DNA of 64,000 bases from a virus (Duplodnaviria; Caudoviricetes): the IMG/VR virus record IMGVR_UViG_3300010167_000010, positions 192,001 to 256,000 of that record; one strand, written 5' to 3'. Below the pieces are notes generated by a model, which ran no database searches, was not told the origin of the DNA, and saw nothing but the letters and a program-made list of their open reading frames with translations. Made by a program: the position numbers and the translations under genes. Positions within the stretch are counted from its first letter, which is position 1. Every line of letters begins with the position of its first letter. Positions 30,236 through 38,741 of the stretch are shown here, piece by piece.

Positions 30236-30631
30236 ATGATTATTAGAAGTGGACGTGTAAAAGAAATTATTGAAGAAAGGTTTGATCAGTTATTCAGTAA
30301 TTGGGAAAATTTAAGCTTAAATGATAATTTTGATTTATCAGTATTTTCAGAAGATGAATTTAAAATTATAAAAGAAAAAATAATGCTAACTGTTATTTAT
30401 AGTGTTTCTTTTGGTGAAGTTAGAAAAATCCATGAAAGTATTATTCTTGAAAGATTCAGAAGTCATTTTAAATTAATGTCAGATGAATTTTTTGAAAAGA
30501 TAGAATTAAGTTATAAAAGTTTTGCACCAAAAATTAGAACTCTTATTAGATATACAGTAGAAAGTATTTTATCAGAAAAAATATTTGACTTAAATCTTTT
30601 AGTATTTCCAGATAAGTGGGAGAATATATAA
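30236..30631 (+). CDS. Hypothetical protein
   Basis: 131 aa in operon. Confidence 0.6.
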   Translation: MIIRSGRVKEIIEERFDQLFSNWENLSLNDNFDLSVFSEDEFKIIKEKIMLTVIYSVSFGEVRKIHESIILERFRSHFKLMSDEFFEKIELSYKSFAPKIRTLIRYTVESILSEKIFDLNLLVFPDKWENI

Positions 30632-30888
30632 TGGCAGTTGATCTTTATGGAAATGAAGTCCAAATTGGAGATTATATTATAGTAACTCCACCTCATTATA
30701 GAGATATACCTTTTATCACAAAAGCTATAAATGTTGGTCCAATTGCAATTACAATAGAATTTTGTTATCATGAAATCTTTGGTAAGAATGCATGTAAGAA
30801 AATTAGAAAATCAGTAAGAAAAGGGTTTGTTAGAATAACAGAAGAAATGGCTAAAAATATAATGGGCGATAAATTTAATCTTATATAA
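30631..30888 (+). CDS. Hypothetical protein, possibly SH3/KOW-like
   Basis: MAVDLYGNEVQIGDYII; ATG at 30631 overlaps upstream TAA, GGAG SD. Confidence 0.55.
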   Translation: MAVDLYGNEVQIGDYIIVTPPHYRDIPFITKAINVGPIAITIEFCYHEIFGKNACKKIRKSVRKGFVRITEEMAKNIMGDKFNLI

Positions 30889-30892
30889 TAAT

Positions 30893-31165
30893 ATGTTAAA
30901 GCGTGAGTATAATTTAACACAAGTTGTAAAAGCAATAAATAATAAAGAAGCAATTGCAATTTATAACGAAATAGAATATCATAATGCTGAATATGAAAAT
31001 AAAATGATTTCTTTATATAATGAAGGATTTTTGATAGTTTCAATTCCATTAGAAAAATTTAATCTTATAGAAATAAAATTTTGGGATGAAGATTTTCGTG
31101 AAAATATTTATGCCGGTACTTTAGATGAAGCAATTCAATATAAAATGGACGGGAGTATTAGATGA
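30893..31165 (+). CDS. Hypothetical protein
   Basis: 90 aa; CTTATATAATA just upstream. Confidence 0.6.
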   Translation: MLKREYNLTQVVKAINNKEAIAIYNEIEYHNAEYENKMISLYNEGFLIVSIPLEKFNLIEIKFWDEDFRENIYAGTLDEAIQYKMDGSIR

Positions 31166-31626
31166 GTTTACTTATGAAATTAGTAGATAAATCAGATCTT
31201 TTTAAATTAAATGCATATCAAATTAAAAACTGGCTAGAAGATGGTTTAACTGAAGAAGAAGTTATAGGTAGAATGTTTTTAAGACAACTTTCTAATTTTA
31301 TTTGGAATAAACATAATGAAGGTAATTTAGTTGATGAATTATATTTTAAAGAAGTAAAACAAGAATTAGAAAATTATAGAATTACTTATGTATCTTATAA
31401 TAATGAAACACAAAAATTTATATTAAAATCAGCTAGACCTGGTGTTATAATTGGAGTTAGAGGTTCTAATATAGATAAAATAGATAAACATCTTTTTAAT
31501 TGGGCTAAAGAAGAAAAAATTCCATATTCTGGAATTGCTCTTAAGGAAGATAGAAATCCACTTGAAAATGATATTAATTATTCTTTGAATATGTTTAGTT
31601 TGTTACATTCAGATCCAGATTTTTAA
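31162..31626 (+). CDS. Type II KH-domain protein resembling ribosomal protein uS3 N-terminal domain
   Basis: LKSARPGVIIGVRGSNIDKI...IALKEDRNP compared with uS3 [20 protein letters not shown]...INIAEVRKP. Confidence 0.7.
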   Translation: MSLLMKLVDKSDLFKLNAYQIKNWLEDGLTEEEVIGRMFLRQLSNFIWNKHNEGNLVDELYFKEVKQELENYRITYVSYNNETQKFILKSARPGVIIGVRGSNIDKIDKHLFNWAKEEKIPYSGIALKEDRNPLENDINYSLNMFSLLHSDPDF

Positions 31627-31635
31627 GGAGTAAAT

Positions 31636-32034
31636 ATGAATTTTAATGAAAATGTAGAGCTGTATTTTGAAGATGAAGTAGCAAGAATTCATAGGTTTAT
31701 GAATGAAAAAAGACACACAGGAATTGCAAGAAATATTTTTGGAGAAGATTATCATGAGATAATGAATGTAATAAAAAATACAGCAAAAGAATGTTTAATA
31801 AATGATGAAATTTATAAAATGCATGTAGATATTGTTGGAGATAAAATAGAAAAAAATCTTCCAAAAAAATATAGCGAAATATATGCAGCAGAAAGAAAAG
31901 ATAAAAAATATGTCCCATATAAATGGGATTGTGTTTATAATATTATTAAGACGTCTGTAGAGTCTATAATTAGGAATACAGCAGCAAATGAATTTACATT
32001 TAATTTTAAAGAACTCAGTGGTATGACAAGTTAA
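31636..32034 (+). CDS. Hypothetical protein
   Basis: AAGGAG SD; 132 aa. Confidence 0.6.
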   Translation: MNFNENVELYFEDEVARIHRFMNEKRHTGIARNIFGEDYHEIMNVIKNTAKECLINDEIYKMHVDIVGDKIEKNLPKKYSEIYAAERKDKKYVPYKWDCVYNIIKTSVESIIRNTAANEFTFNFKELSGMTS

Positions 32035-32074
32035 TTGGAAGACACAAATATTTATTTTGTGTGTACTAATTATT

Positions 32075-32689
32075 ATGAAAAAAACATATAAAAATTCAAG
32101 AGAATGGGTTTGCGATGTTTGTGGATTAAAATTTTTTGGTCGTGCAAAATTATTACAACATAAAAAAGAAATTGGTCATAAAAGAAACTTAACTTTTGGT
32201 ACCGATATTCCTTTTAAAGGAACTTGTAATTTTTGTGGTTATTTAAGTACATCAAAATATGGTTTAACAAATCATATAAATTGTTGTAAATTAAACCCAA
32301 ATAGAAAAGATGGAAATTGGAAAGGAAGAAAACATAAAAAAGAAAGTATTGAAAAAGTAAGATTAGGTTTTGTTAAAAGTGGAAAATGTAAAACAAACTT
32401 TAATAAAATTGGATGTAATTATATTGATAAATTAAATAAAGAGAGGGGTTGGAATTTACAACATGCCTTAAAAGGAGGTGAATTCACTATATGTGGATTT
32501 TATTTAGATGGTTATGATTGTGAAAAAAATATTGTTTTTGAATATGATGAAGAAAAACATTATTTGAATTATGAAGTTAATTTATTACAAGAGAGAGATA
32601 TTAAAAGACAAAATAGAATTATAGAAAAATTAAATTGTGAATTTTGGCGATATAATGAAAAGAAAAATGAATTATATCGTGTAAATTAA
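32075..32689 (+). CDS. Putative free-standing homing endonuclease (zinc fingers + NUMOD3 + DUF559/Vsr-like nuclease)
   Basis: CDVC..H..H and CNFC..H..C; KGRKHKKESIEK (NUMOD3-like); FYLDGYD..NIVFEYDEEKH..DIKRQ; ATG at 32075 after ACTAATTA. Confidence 0.7.
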   Translation: MKKTYKNSREWVCDVCGLKFFGRAKLLQHKKEIGHKRNLTFGTDIPFKGTCNFCGYLSTSKYGLTNHINCCKLNPNRKDGNWKGRKHKKESIEKVRLGFVKSGKCKTNFNKIGCNYIDKLNKERGWNLQHALKGGEFTICGFYLDGYDCEKNIVFEYDEEKHYLNYEVNLLQERDIKRQNRIIEKLNCEFWRYNEKKNELYRVN

Positions 32690-32695
32690 AATTAT

Positions 32696-32780
32696 GGCCG
32701 AGTGATGTAATTGGTAGTACATAGCAGACTTAAAATCTGCCGCCCGTAAGGGCGTGAGGGTTCAAGTCCCTCCTCGGCCA
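32696..32780 (+). tRNA. tRNA-Leu (anticodon UAA)
   Basis: Acceptor GGCCGAG/CTCGGCC, D arm ATGT/ACAT, anticodon arm GCAGA-CTTAAAA-TCTGC, long variable arm, T arm GAGGG-TTCAAGT-CCCTC; no encoded CCA. Confidence 0.95.
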
Positions 32781-32784
32781 ATTT

Positions 32785-33018
32785 ATGGGATTTAAAGTAG
32801 AATTAAAAGGATTTCCAGGAGTTGGATATTATACAATTAGATTAGAAAATGGACTCACCGTTTGTTACTTAGGAGATCCGAAGAATCAAAAAATAGAACT
32901 AGTTTGTGAAAATTCGTTTGAAGCTAAAGAATTTTGTACAAAAAAGTTAAAAGAAAAATTAAAAGGATTATTAAAGAAGAACAAATATGCCGATGATAAG
33001 CCCCTCAATAAAATTTGA
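32785..33018 (+). CDS. Hypothetical protein
   Basis: 77 aa directly after the tRNA. Confidence 0.5.
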   Translation: MGFKVELKGFPGVGYYTIRLENGLTVCYLGDPKNQKIELVCENSFEAKEFCTKKLKEKLKGLLKKNKYADDKPLNKI

Positions 33019-33229
33019 TGCTGAAAATAATGTAATAATAAGTTCTAATGGAGCTTCTATTTCATTAGACGATCTTAAATTACAGGGTCCAATGGGTATT
33101 CATATTAAAAATGAAAACGGTGAATATGAACTTACTTATGCTTTACATAAAATTAAAGAAATGGAAAGTGAAATTACAAGATTAAAAGCTGAAAATAAAT
33201 ACTTAAAAGAAAATATATTATTTGATTAG
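32987..33229 (+). CDS. Small coiled-coil protein ending NILFD
   Basis: 80 aa; C-terminal heptads. Confidence 0.55.
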   Translation: MPMISPSIKFDAENNVIISSNGASISLDDLKLQGPMGIHIKNENGEYELTYALHKIKEMESEITRLKAENKYLKENILFD

Positions 33230-33239
33230 GAGATACAAT

Positions 33240-34082
33240 ATGTCATCATATTATATAAAAGAAATAACTAAAAATTGGGAAACTGGTCCTTATTATTATC
33301 CAAATAGTATAGAAGAAAAAGATCTTCCACAAGAACAGTGGACTAAAGGATATTGGTGGGATGAAGATATTGGAGAAATTTATTTTGAAAATGATTCACA
33401 AAAAGCAATTTGGATGGCATTACAAGGACAACTTTCAGATGGAAATTGGGAAAACAGAAACGTCGATTGGAGATTTTGGACTCAACTAAAACCAATAATT
33501 GATAAAAATAAATTAGGTTGGAAAGTTAATGGAGATTATATCCCATACGGAGAATGGCCAATAGATATTTACGAATTAGAATGTGTTTGGGATGAATATT
33601 ACGAAGTAGCAAAACATTTTTCTGGAAATACTAATTATGAAAAAGAAAATTTTAATGACGATATAAATCAAGTTGCCAAATCAATGGGCATATCACTACG
33701 ACCTATTGGTTATATTGATCAAACTGTTTCTGATACAATAAAAAAATATGAAGAGATAAAAAATTCAGATTGGTTTGAACAAGCATATAAAAATAAAAGT
33801 ATTTGTCCTAAAGAAGAATTAGATCAAATTCCGATGCGCATCAAACTTCTAATGGAACGATGCGATGCTGGAAAACATGTTTGGAAAGAATATGATGACA
33901 ATCAATGTGTAGATGATTTAAGTTTTGAACCCATTGGTTCAATAACACTTCAAGGTTATATTGGTGGTGTACCACGTAGAAGAGGTTGTGTTATTTGTGG
34001 AAAGATAGAAATTAAAAAAGAAGAATGGGTCGAAAAAACTCATCCAAAAGGAACTATAACTAAAATTATAGTAGGAGAATAA
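33240..34082 (+). CDS. Hypothetical phage protein (GQLSDGxWEN motif)
   Basis: AGGAG SD supports ATG at 33240; C-terminal CVIC. Confidence 0.6.
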   Translation: MSSYYIKEITKNWETGPYYYPNSIEEKDLPQEQWTKGYWWDEDIGEIYFENDSQKAIWMALQGQLSDGNWENRNVDWRFWTQLKPIIDKNKLGWKVNGDYIPYGEWPIDIYELECVWDEYYEVAKHFSGNTNYEKENFNDDINQVAKSMGISLRPIGYIDQTVSDTIKKYEEIKNSDWFEQAYKNKSICPKEELDQIPMRIKLLMERCDAGKHVWKEYDDNQCVDDLSFEPIGSITLQGYIGGVPRRRGCVICGKIEIKKEEWVEKTHPKGTITKIIVGE

Positions 34083-34084
34083 AT

Positions 34085-35284
34085 ATGTCAGATAAAAAAA
34101 TGGCTTACGTCGTTGAAATAAAAGACCTCGAACCAATAGAAGGAAAAGATAGAATTGTTTTAGCTTCATTTACGAATTCAGGTTGGAGAGTTATTGTTCA
34201 GAAGGACCAATTCCAAATTGGAGACAAAGCAATTTATGTTGAAACAGATTCTATTCTTCCAATGTGGGAAGAATTTCAATTTCTAGAAAAGCGATGTTAT
34301 AGTACAAAACGAAAAGGATATCGTATTCGAACTATGAAACTTGGAGATGTATATTCTGAAGGTATTTGTTTTGATTTAAAAGGTTTTTATGGTCCACCAG
34401 GTTCTAAAATAGGTGTTCCAATTGACGCACCTCTTGATAGGGACTTAACTGAAATATTAAAAATACGAAGAATTGAAGATGAAGTTCCTCAAGATCCACC
34501 ACCAACGAAATCTAAATTTCAAAACTTTGTAAATAAATGGCTTTATAGATTATTTAGATTTAAATTTAAGAGATACGGTTTTATTGCTCAAGATTTTCCA
34601 TCTTATTTAATTAAAACAGATGAAACACAAGCACAATCTATTCCACAATTATTTGAAAAAATGAAAGGAAGAGATGTTTATATAACTTTAAAAATGGATG
34701 GTCAGTCTGTAACTATGGCAAATTATAAAGGAGTATTTTCTATATCTACTCGTAACAGAATGATTTATCAAAATAAGATTAAAAAGGCAGCAAGAGTATT
34801 AATTCCTAAATCAGCAGATTATTTTAGACAACATAATGTTCATGCATATCTTGCAGCAAAATACAATATTCCTCTTATTTTAAGTAAATATGATAATGTA
34901 GCAATTCAAGGTGAATGTTGTGGTCCCGGAATACAGAAAAATAGAATTGGATTAAAAGATTACGAATATTATATTTTTAGTTTCTTTGATATTTCTAAAA
35001 GAGAATATTTTAGCGGCCAAAAAATGATGAATTTTTGTTTAGAGAATAAGTTAATTACAGTTCCATTTATTGAAATGAAAACTTTTAATTGGGATTCTAT
35101 AAAAGAATTAGAAGAATATGCTCAAAGAGATTATGCTAGTGGTACTCCAGCTGAAGGTATTGTAATTAGGGGTTATGAACATTATAATGAATATATGCCA
35201 CAACCCCATAATAAGATGCATGCAATGTGTTCACTTAAGATGATTAATCCAAAATTTAAATTAAAATATCAGCAGGACGAATAG
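34085..35284 (+). CDS. RNA ligase, Rnl2 / DRB0094-like, with N-terminal OB-like domain
   Basis: KMDG (motif I), IQGE, PGIQKN, EGIVIR, LKMIN; N-terminal PIEGKDRI...GDKAIYVETDS. Confidence 0.88.
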   Translation: MSDKKMAYVVEIKDLEPIEGKDRIVLASFTNSGWRVIVQKDQFQIGDKAIYVETDSILPMWEEFQFLEKRCYSTKRKGYRIRTMKLGDVYSEGICFDLKGFYGPPGSKIGVPIDAPLDRDLTEILKIRRIEDEVPQDPPPTKSKFQNFVNKWLYRLFRFKFKRYGFIAQDFPSYLIKTDETQAQSIPQLFEKMKGRDVYITLKMDGQSVTMANYKGVFSISTRNRMIYQNKIKKAARVLIPKSADYFRQHNVHAYLAAKYNIPLILSKYDNVAIQGECCGPGIQKNRIGLKDYEYYIFSFFDISKREYFSGQKMMNFCLENKLITVPFIEMKTFNWDSIKELEEYAQRDYASGTPAEGIVIRGYEHYNEYMPQPHNKMHAMCSLKMINPKFKLKYQQDE

Positions 35285-35886
35285 TGGAATATAAATCTAA
35301 TAAAACTATTTATATTCAGAATCATCGTAAACCTAAAGCAGAAAGAAAAGAATTCGACTTTTACGCTACTCATCCAAAAAGTGTAATATCATTTTTGGAT
35401 GAGTTTTTAAAAGGTCATTCAATAAATACAGCTTGGGAACCTGCTTGTGGTAATGGGAATATATCAGAAGTTTTAAAAGAATACGGAATTAATGTTCATT
35501 CAACTGATTTAGTCAATAGAGGGTATGGACATGCATTTTTTGATTTTTTAGAACCGCAATTAGTATCACCCCAAGTTGATGCAATTATAACTAATCCTCC
35601 GTTTATATTAGCAGAACAATTTATTAAGAGAGCAATAGAATTAAAACCGAAACGATTTGTAATAATGTATTTAAAACTTACTTTTTTAGAGGGAAAGAAA
35701 AGATATAAATTATTTCAAAAATATCAACCATCAGAAATTTATGTTCATTCGTCTAGGCAAGGTTGTTCTCCTTTTGGGGAAACAGATTTTCAAAATGGTG
35801 GAAGTGTAGCTTATGCGTGGTATGTTTGGAGAACAGATAGAATGGGCCCAGCTCATCCTTATTTATTTTGGCTTCCTCCAAATTAA
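35284..35886 (+). CDS. Orphan amino (N6A/N4C) DNA methyltransferase
   Basis: DFYAT, WEPACGNG, IITNPPF, YAWYVW. Confidence 0.85.
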   Translation: MEYKSNKTIYIQNHRKPKAERKEFDFYATHPKSVISFLDEFLKGHSINTAWEPACGNGNISEVLKEYGINVHSTDLVNRGYGHAFFDFLEPQLVSPQVDAIITNPPFILAEQFIKRAIELKPKRFVIMYLKLTFLEGKKRYKLFQKYQPSEIYVHSSRQGCSPFGETDFQNGGSVAYAWYVWRTDRMGPAHPYLFWLPPN

Positions 35887-36123
35887 ATGAAAAGTTATAA
35901 TGTTAAATTTTCTTTTAAAAATTATCCAATAGATAATTTAAAAGAACCGTATAATAATTTTAAAGGGTGTAATTTTACTAATATATGTATGAATTATAAA
36001 CTTCCGTTTGATGGATTAATAATAGAAGAATCTCTTCTTTGCGTTCATCAAGTTTATTTTTCTAATGATAAATGTGGATTATATTTAGAAAAACCAATTT
36101 TTAAGGAAGAATTATTTGATTAA
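35887..36123 (+). CDS. Hypothetical protein ending EELFD
   Basis: 78 aa abutting the methyltransferase. Confidence 0.5.
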   Translation: MKSYNVKFSFKNYPIDNLKEPYNNFKGCNFTNICMNYKLPFDGLIIEESLLCVHQVYFSNDKCGLYLEKPIFKEELFD

Positions 36124-36590
36124 AATTTAACGTTTTCACCTAAATAATTTATTTGATTTATGTTTTGAAATGATGCCATTTGATAATAATCTTCATCTAT
36201 TTTTATAATTAAACTTTTATCTTGAAGTTCTTCTGATAATTGAAATATACTTCTTTCACCTAATAAAAAAACGAAATCAAACCAATTTTTCCAAGCTTCT
36301 TTATAGGCATTAATTTCATCTTCTGTAAATGCTTCTTTTAATTTAGCCTTTTTAAAAAAATAATGAATCAAATTAAGATTTACGAAATTGTTATATTTAT
36401 TGATAATTAAATTAAAATCTAAAATGTCTAATCTTTTTTTAGATATTGGAGTCATATCTCCTGTCATTACTGTTTGTGCATCTTGTAATGAAAGACCTAA
36501 ATTTCCTAAAATTTCTAAAGGATCTATATCATTTAACTTTTTTCTTAAAATTTTTGGATCTATACTTTTAGCTATTTTATTAATGTCCAT
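36120..36590 (-). CDS. Hypothetical protein
   Basis: 156 aa; TCTAATTA 2 nt upstream. Confidence 0.6.
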   Translation of the reverse strand: MDINKIAKSIDPKILRKKLNDIDPLEILGNLGLSLQDAQTVMTGDMTPISKKRLDILDFNLIINKYNNFVNLNLIHYFFKKAKLKEAFTEDEINAYKEAWKNWFDFVFLLGERSIFQLSEELQDKSLIIKIDEDYYQMASFQNINQINYLGENVKF

Positions 36591-36640
36591 AATAATTAGA
36601 TTTTTTTTAAGTTATTGAAATTTTAGTTAATTTATATATA

Positions 36641-37210
36641 ATGGCGCATAGTATATCAGCAGCTACTGGAAAAGGTAAAAAGAATGACGAACTTTATACA
36701 CCGCAAATATTAGTAGAACCAATAAATAAATATCTCCAATTATGGGCTAGAAAATATAAAATATATCCTACTGTATTATGTCCTTTCGATAATAAAAAAT
36801 CAGAGTTTGTTAAATTATTGAAAAATTGGAATGTTAAAGTAAAATATGGTCATATAGAATCTGGACAAGATTTTTTTACTCACGATTACGGTGAATGGGA
36901 CATATGTATAAGTAATCCACCATTTAGTAAAAAATTAGAAGTATTTAAAAAATTAGATGAAATAGGAAAACCTTGGGCAATGATTTGTAATGTTATGATG
37001 TGGAATTATCACGAAATTGTAGATTACTTTATAGATAATGAGCCTGAACTTCTTTTCTTCAATAAAAGAGTAAGTTTTGATGGTAATCCTTCATCTTTTG
37101 GAAGTCATTATATATGCCGAAATTTATTACCAAGAAAGTTAATATGTGAATCATTAGAGAACAATAACGCTGGCAAGTACTTCGTACCCAGTGGAATGTA
37201 TACTAAATAA
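36641..37210 (+). CDS. Orphan adenine-specific DNA methyltransferase
   Basis: NDELYTP, LCPFD, GQDFF, ISNPPFS. Confidence 0.85.
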   Translation: MAHSISAATGKGKKNDELYTPQILVEPINKYLQLWARKYKIYPTVLCPFDNKKSEFVKLLKNWNVKVKYGHIESGQDFFTHDYGEWDICISNPPFSKKLEVFKKLDEIGKPWAMICNVMMWNYHEIVDYFIDNEPELLFFNKRVSFDGNPSSFGSHYICRNLLPRKLICESLENNNAGKYFVPSGMYTK

Positions 37211-37227
37211 AATAGGAGAAAAACAGG

Positions 37228-38262
37228 GTGAAGAGATTAGTATTTTTATTATTGGTTATATTTTGTTTATCAAGCTGTAGTAACAGATCAGATAGACTTT
37301 ATATTTTTAACTGGACTTATTATATTCCACAGAGCATTCTAACTCAATTTGAGCAAGAATATGGTATTCGTATTATATACGATGAATATGCAAGTAATGA
37401 AGAAATGTATGCTAAATTAGTTGCCTCACGAAGAGCAACATATGATATAGTATTCCCCTCAGAAGATTATGTAGAAATTATGATGAGAAGCAATATGCTC
37501 TCAAGATTAGATCATTCTAAACTTCCAAATTTAAGATATATAAATCCAAGAATCCAAGCTAAATTAACATTTGATCCAGGAATGAATTATTCAGTTCCAT
37601 ATTTTATGGGAACAGCTGGAATTATTGTTAATACTTTACAAGTACCAGAATTTCCAAGAAGTTGGAGTATTTTTGCTGATACTACTTTAGCTGGTAGAAT
37701 GACGATGCTTGATGATATGAGAGAAACTATGGGTGCCGCTCTAATGTATTTAGGTTATTCAGCAAGCACTAGAAATGCTGCAGAAATAGAGAGAGCAACA
37801 GAACATATCAGAAATGTATGGAGACCTAATTTAGTTCGCTTTGATGCAGAAGCTTTTGGTAAGGCTTATGCAATGGGAGATTTTTGGGTAGTTCATGGTT
37901 ATCCAGAAGTTGTGTTTGAAGAGATTGCAGATAATCCAGAATTATTTTTTAATACTTATTTCTTTATTCCAGAAGAAGGTGGAACATCTTACTTAGACAG
38001 TATGGTAATTTTACGTAATGCTAGAAATAAAGATGCTGCTCATAAATTTATAAATTTTATTCATAGACCAGATATTTATGCACAATTTGTAGATTCGTTT
38101 AATTTTCCAGCAGACTTAAATTTAGGTGCAATAGAATTAAAAGAGGGTTGGGCTATGTTTGAATTAGAAGATATTATTTATAATGAATTAAAATATTGTT
38201 TAGGAGAGTACTTAGATCTATACACCAATGCTTGGTTTAATAGAATACGTCTAGGCCTATAA
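37228..38262 (+). CDS. potD: Spermidine/putrescine ABC transporter substrate-binding lipoprotein
   Basis: Lipobox LSSC; IFNWTYYI, YASNEEMYAKL, YDIVFPS, YSVPYFMGTAGI, PEEG, AHKFINF. Confidence 0.88.
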   Translation: MKRLVFLLLVIFCLSSCSNRSDRLYIFNWTYYIPQSILTQFEQEYGIRIIYDEYASNEEMYAKLVASRRATYDIVFPSEDYVEIMMRSNMLSRLDHSKLPNLRYINPRIQAKLTFDPGMNYSVPYFMGTAGIIVNTLQVPEFPRSWSIFADTTLAGRMTMLDDMRETMGAALMYLGYSASTRNAAEIERATEHIRNVWRPNLVRFDAEAFGKAYAMGDFWVVHGYPEVVFEEIADNPELFFNTYFFIPEEGGTSYLDSMVILRNARNKDAAHKFINFIHRPDIYAQFVDSFNFPADLNLGAIELKEGWAMFELEDIIYNELKYCLGEYLDLYTNAWFNRIRLGL

Positions 38263-38732
38263 TGAAAAAGAAAATTGCTACTCGAGTAATAATTCATAAT
38301 CCAATAAAAAATTCTGTTTTGGCTTGTCATCCGACCGGCCGGAAATGGAAAAGTAGAGACGGCGGGATAGCTACCGGAGTATATAATATTCCTGGCGGCG
38401 AGATTGATGAAGGAGAAGATAAACTTGAATGTATAATTCGAGAAGCAAAAGAAGAAACTGATTTAGATTTAAAGAAAAGTAATTTAAAATATTTAGGATT
38501 TTATAAATATTCAGAATATAAAGACTTACACTTTTATTACTATCCAATTGAAGATCTAGAAATATCTAAATTAAAATGCGAATCATATTTTGAAAATCAG
38601 GATGGAAAAATGCTTCCTGAAATAAATGGTTATGAAATGTTTAATTTAGAGTCTGATTTAGAAATGTTTTTTCCCGTCTTACAGAATGTCTTAAAAAAGG
38701 TTATAAAAGATTATCCAGAATTATTTAATTAA
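38262..38732 (+). CDS. Nudix hydrolase
   Basis: Nudix box GGEIDEGEDKLECIIREAKEETDL. Confidence 0.9.
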   Translation: MKKKIATRVIIHNPIKNSVLACHPTGRKWKSRDGGIATGVYNIPGGEIDEGEDKLECIIREAKEETDLDLKKSNLKYLGFYKYSEYKDLHFYYYPIEDLEISKLKCESYFENQDGKMLPEINGYEMFNLESDLEMFFPVLQNVLKKVIKDYPELFN

Positions 38733-38741
38733 GAGAAATAT

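Noticed and set aside
32015-32062. Possible degenerate tRNA 5' half (GGTATG..TAATTGGAAGACAC) before the endonuclease
   Set aside because: No anticodon or T arm, and it overlaps the end of a CDS; the resemblance is too weak
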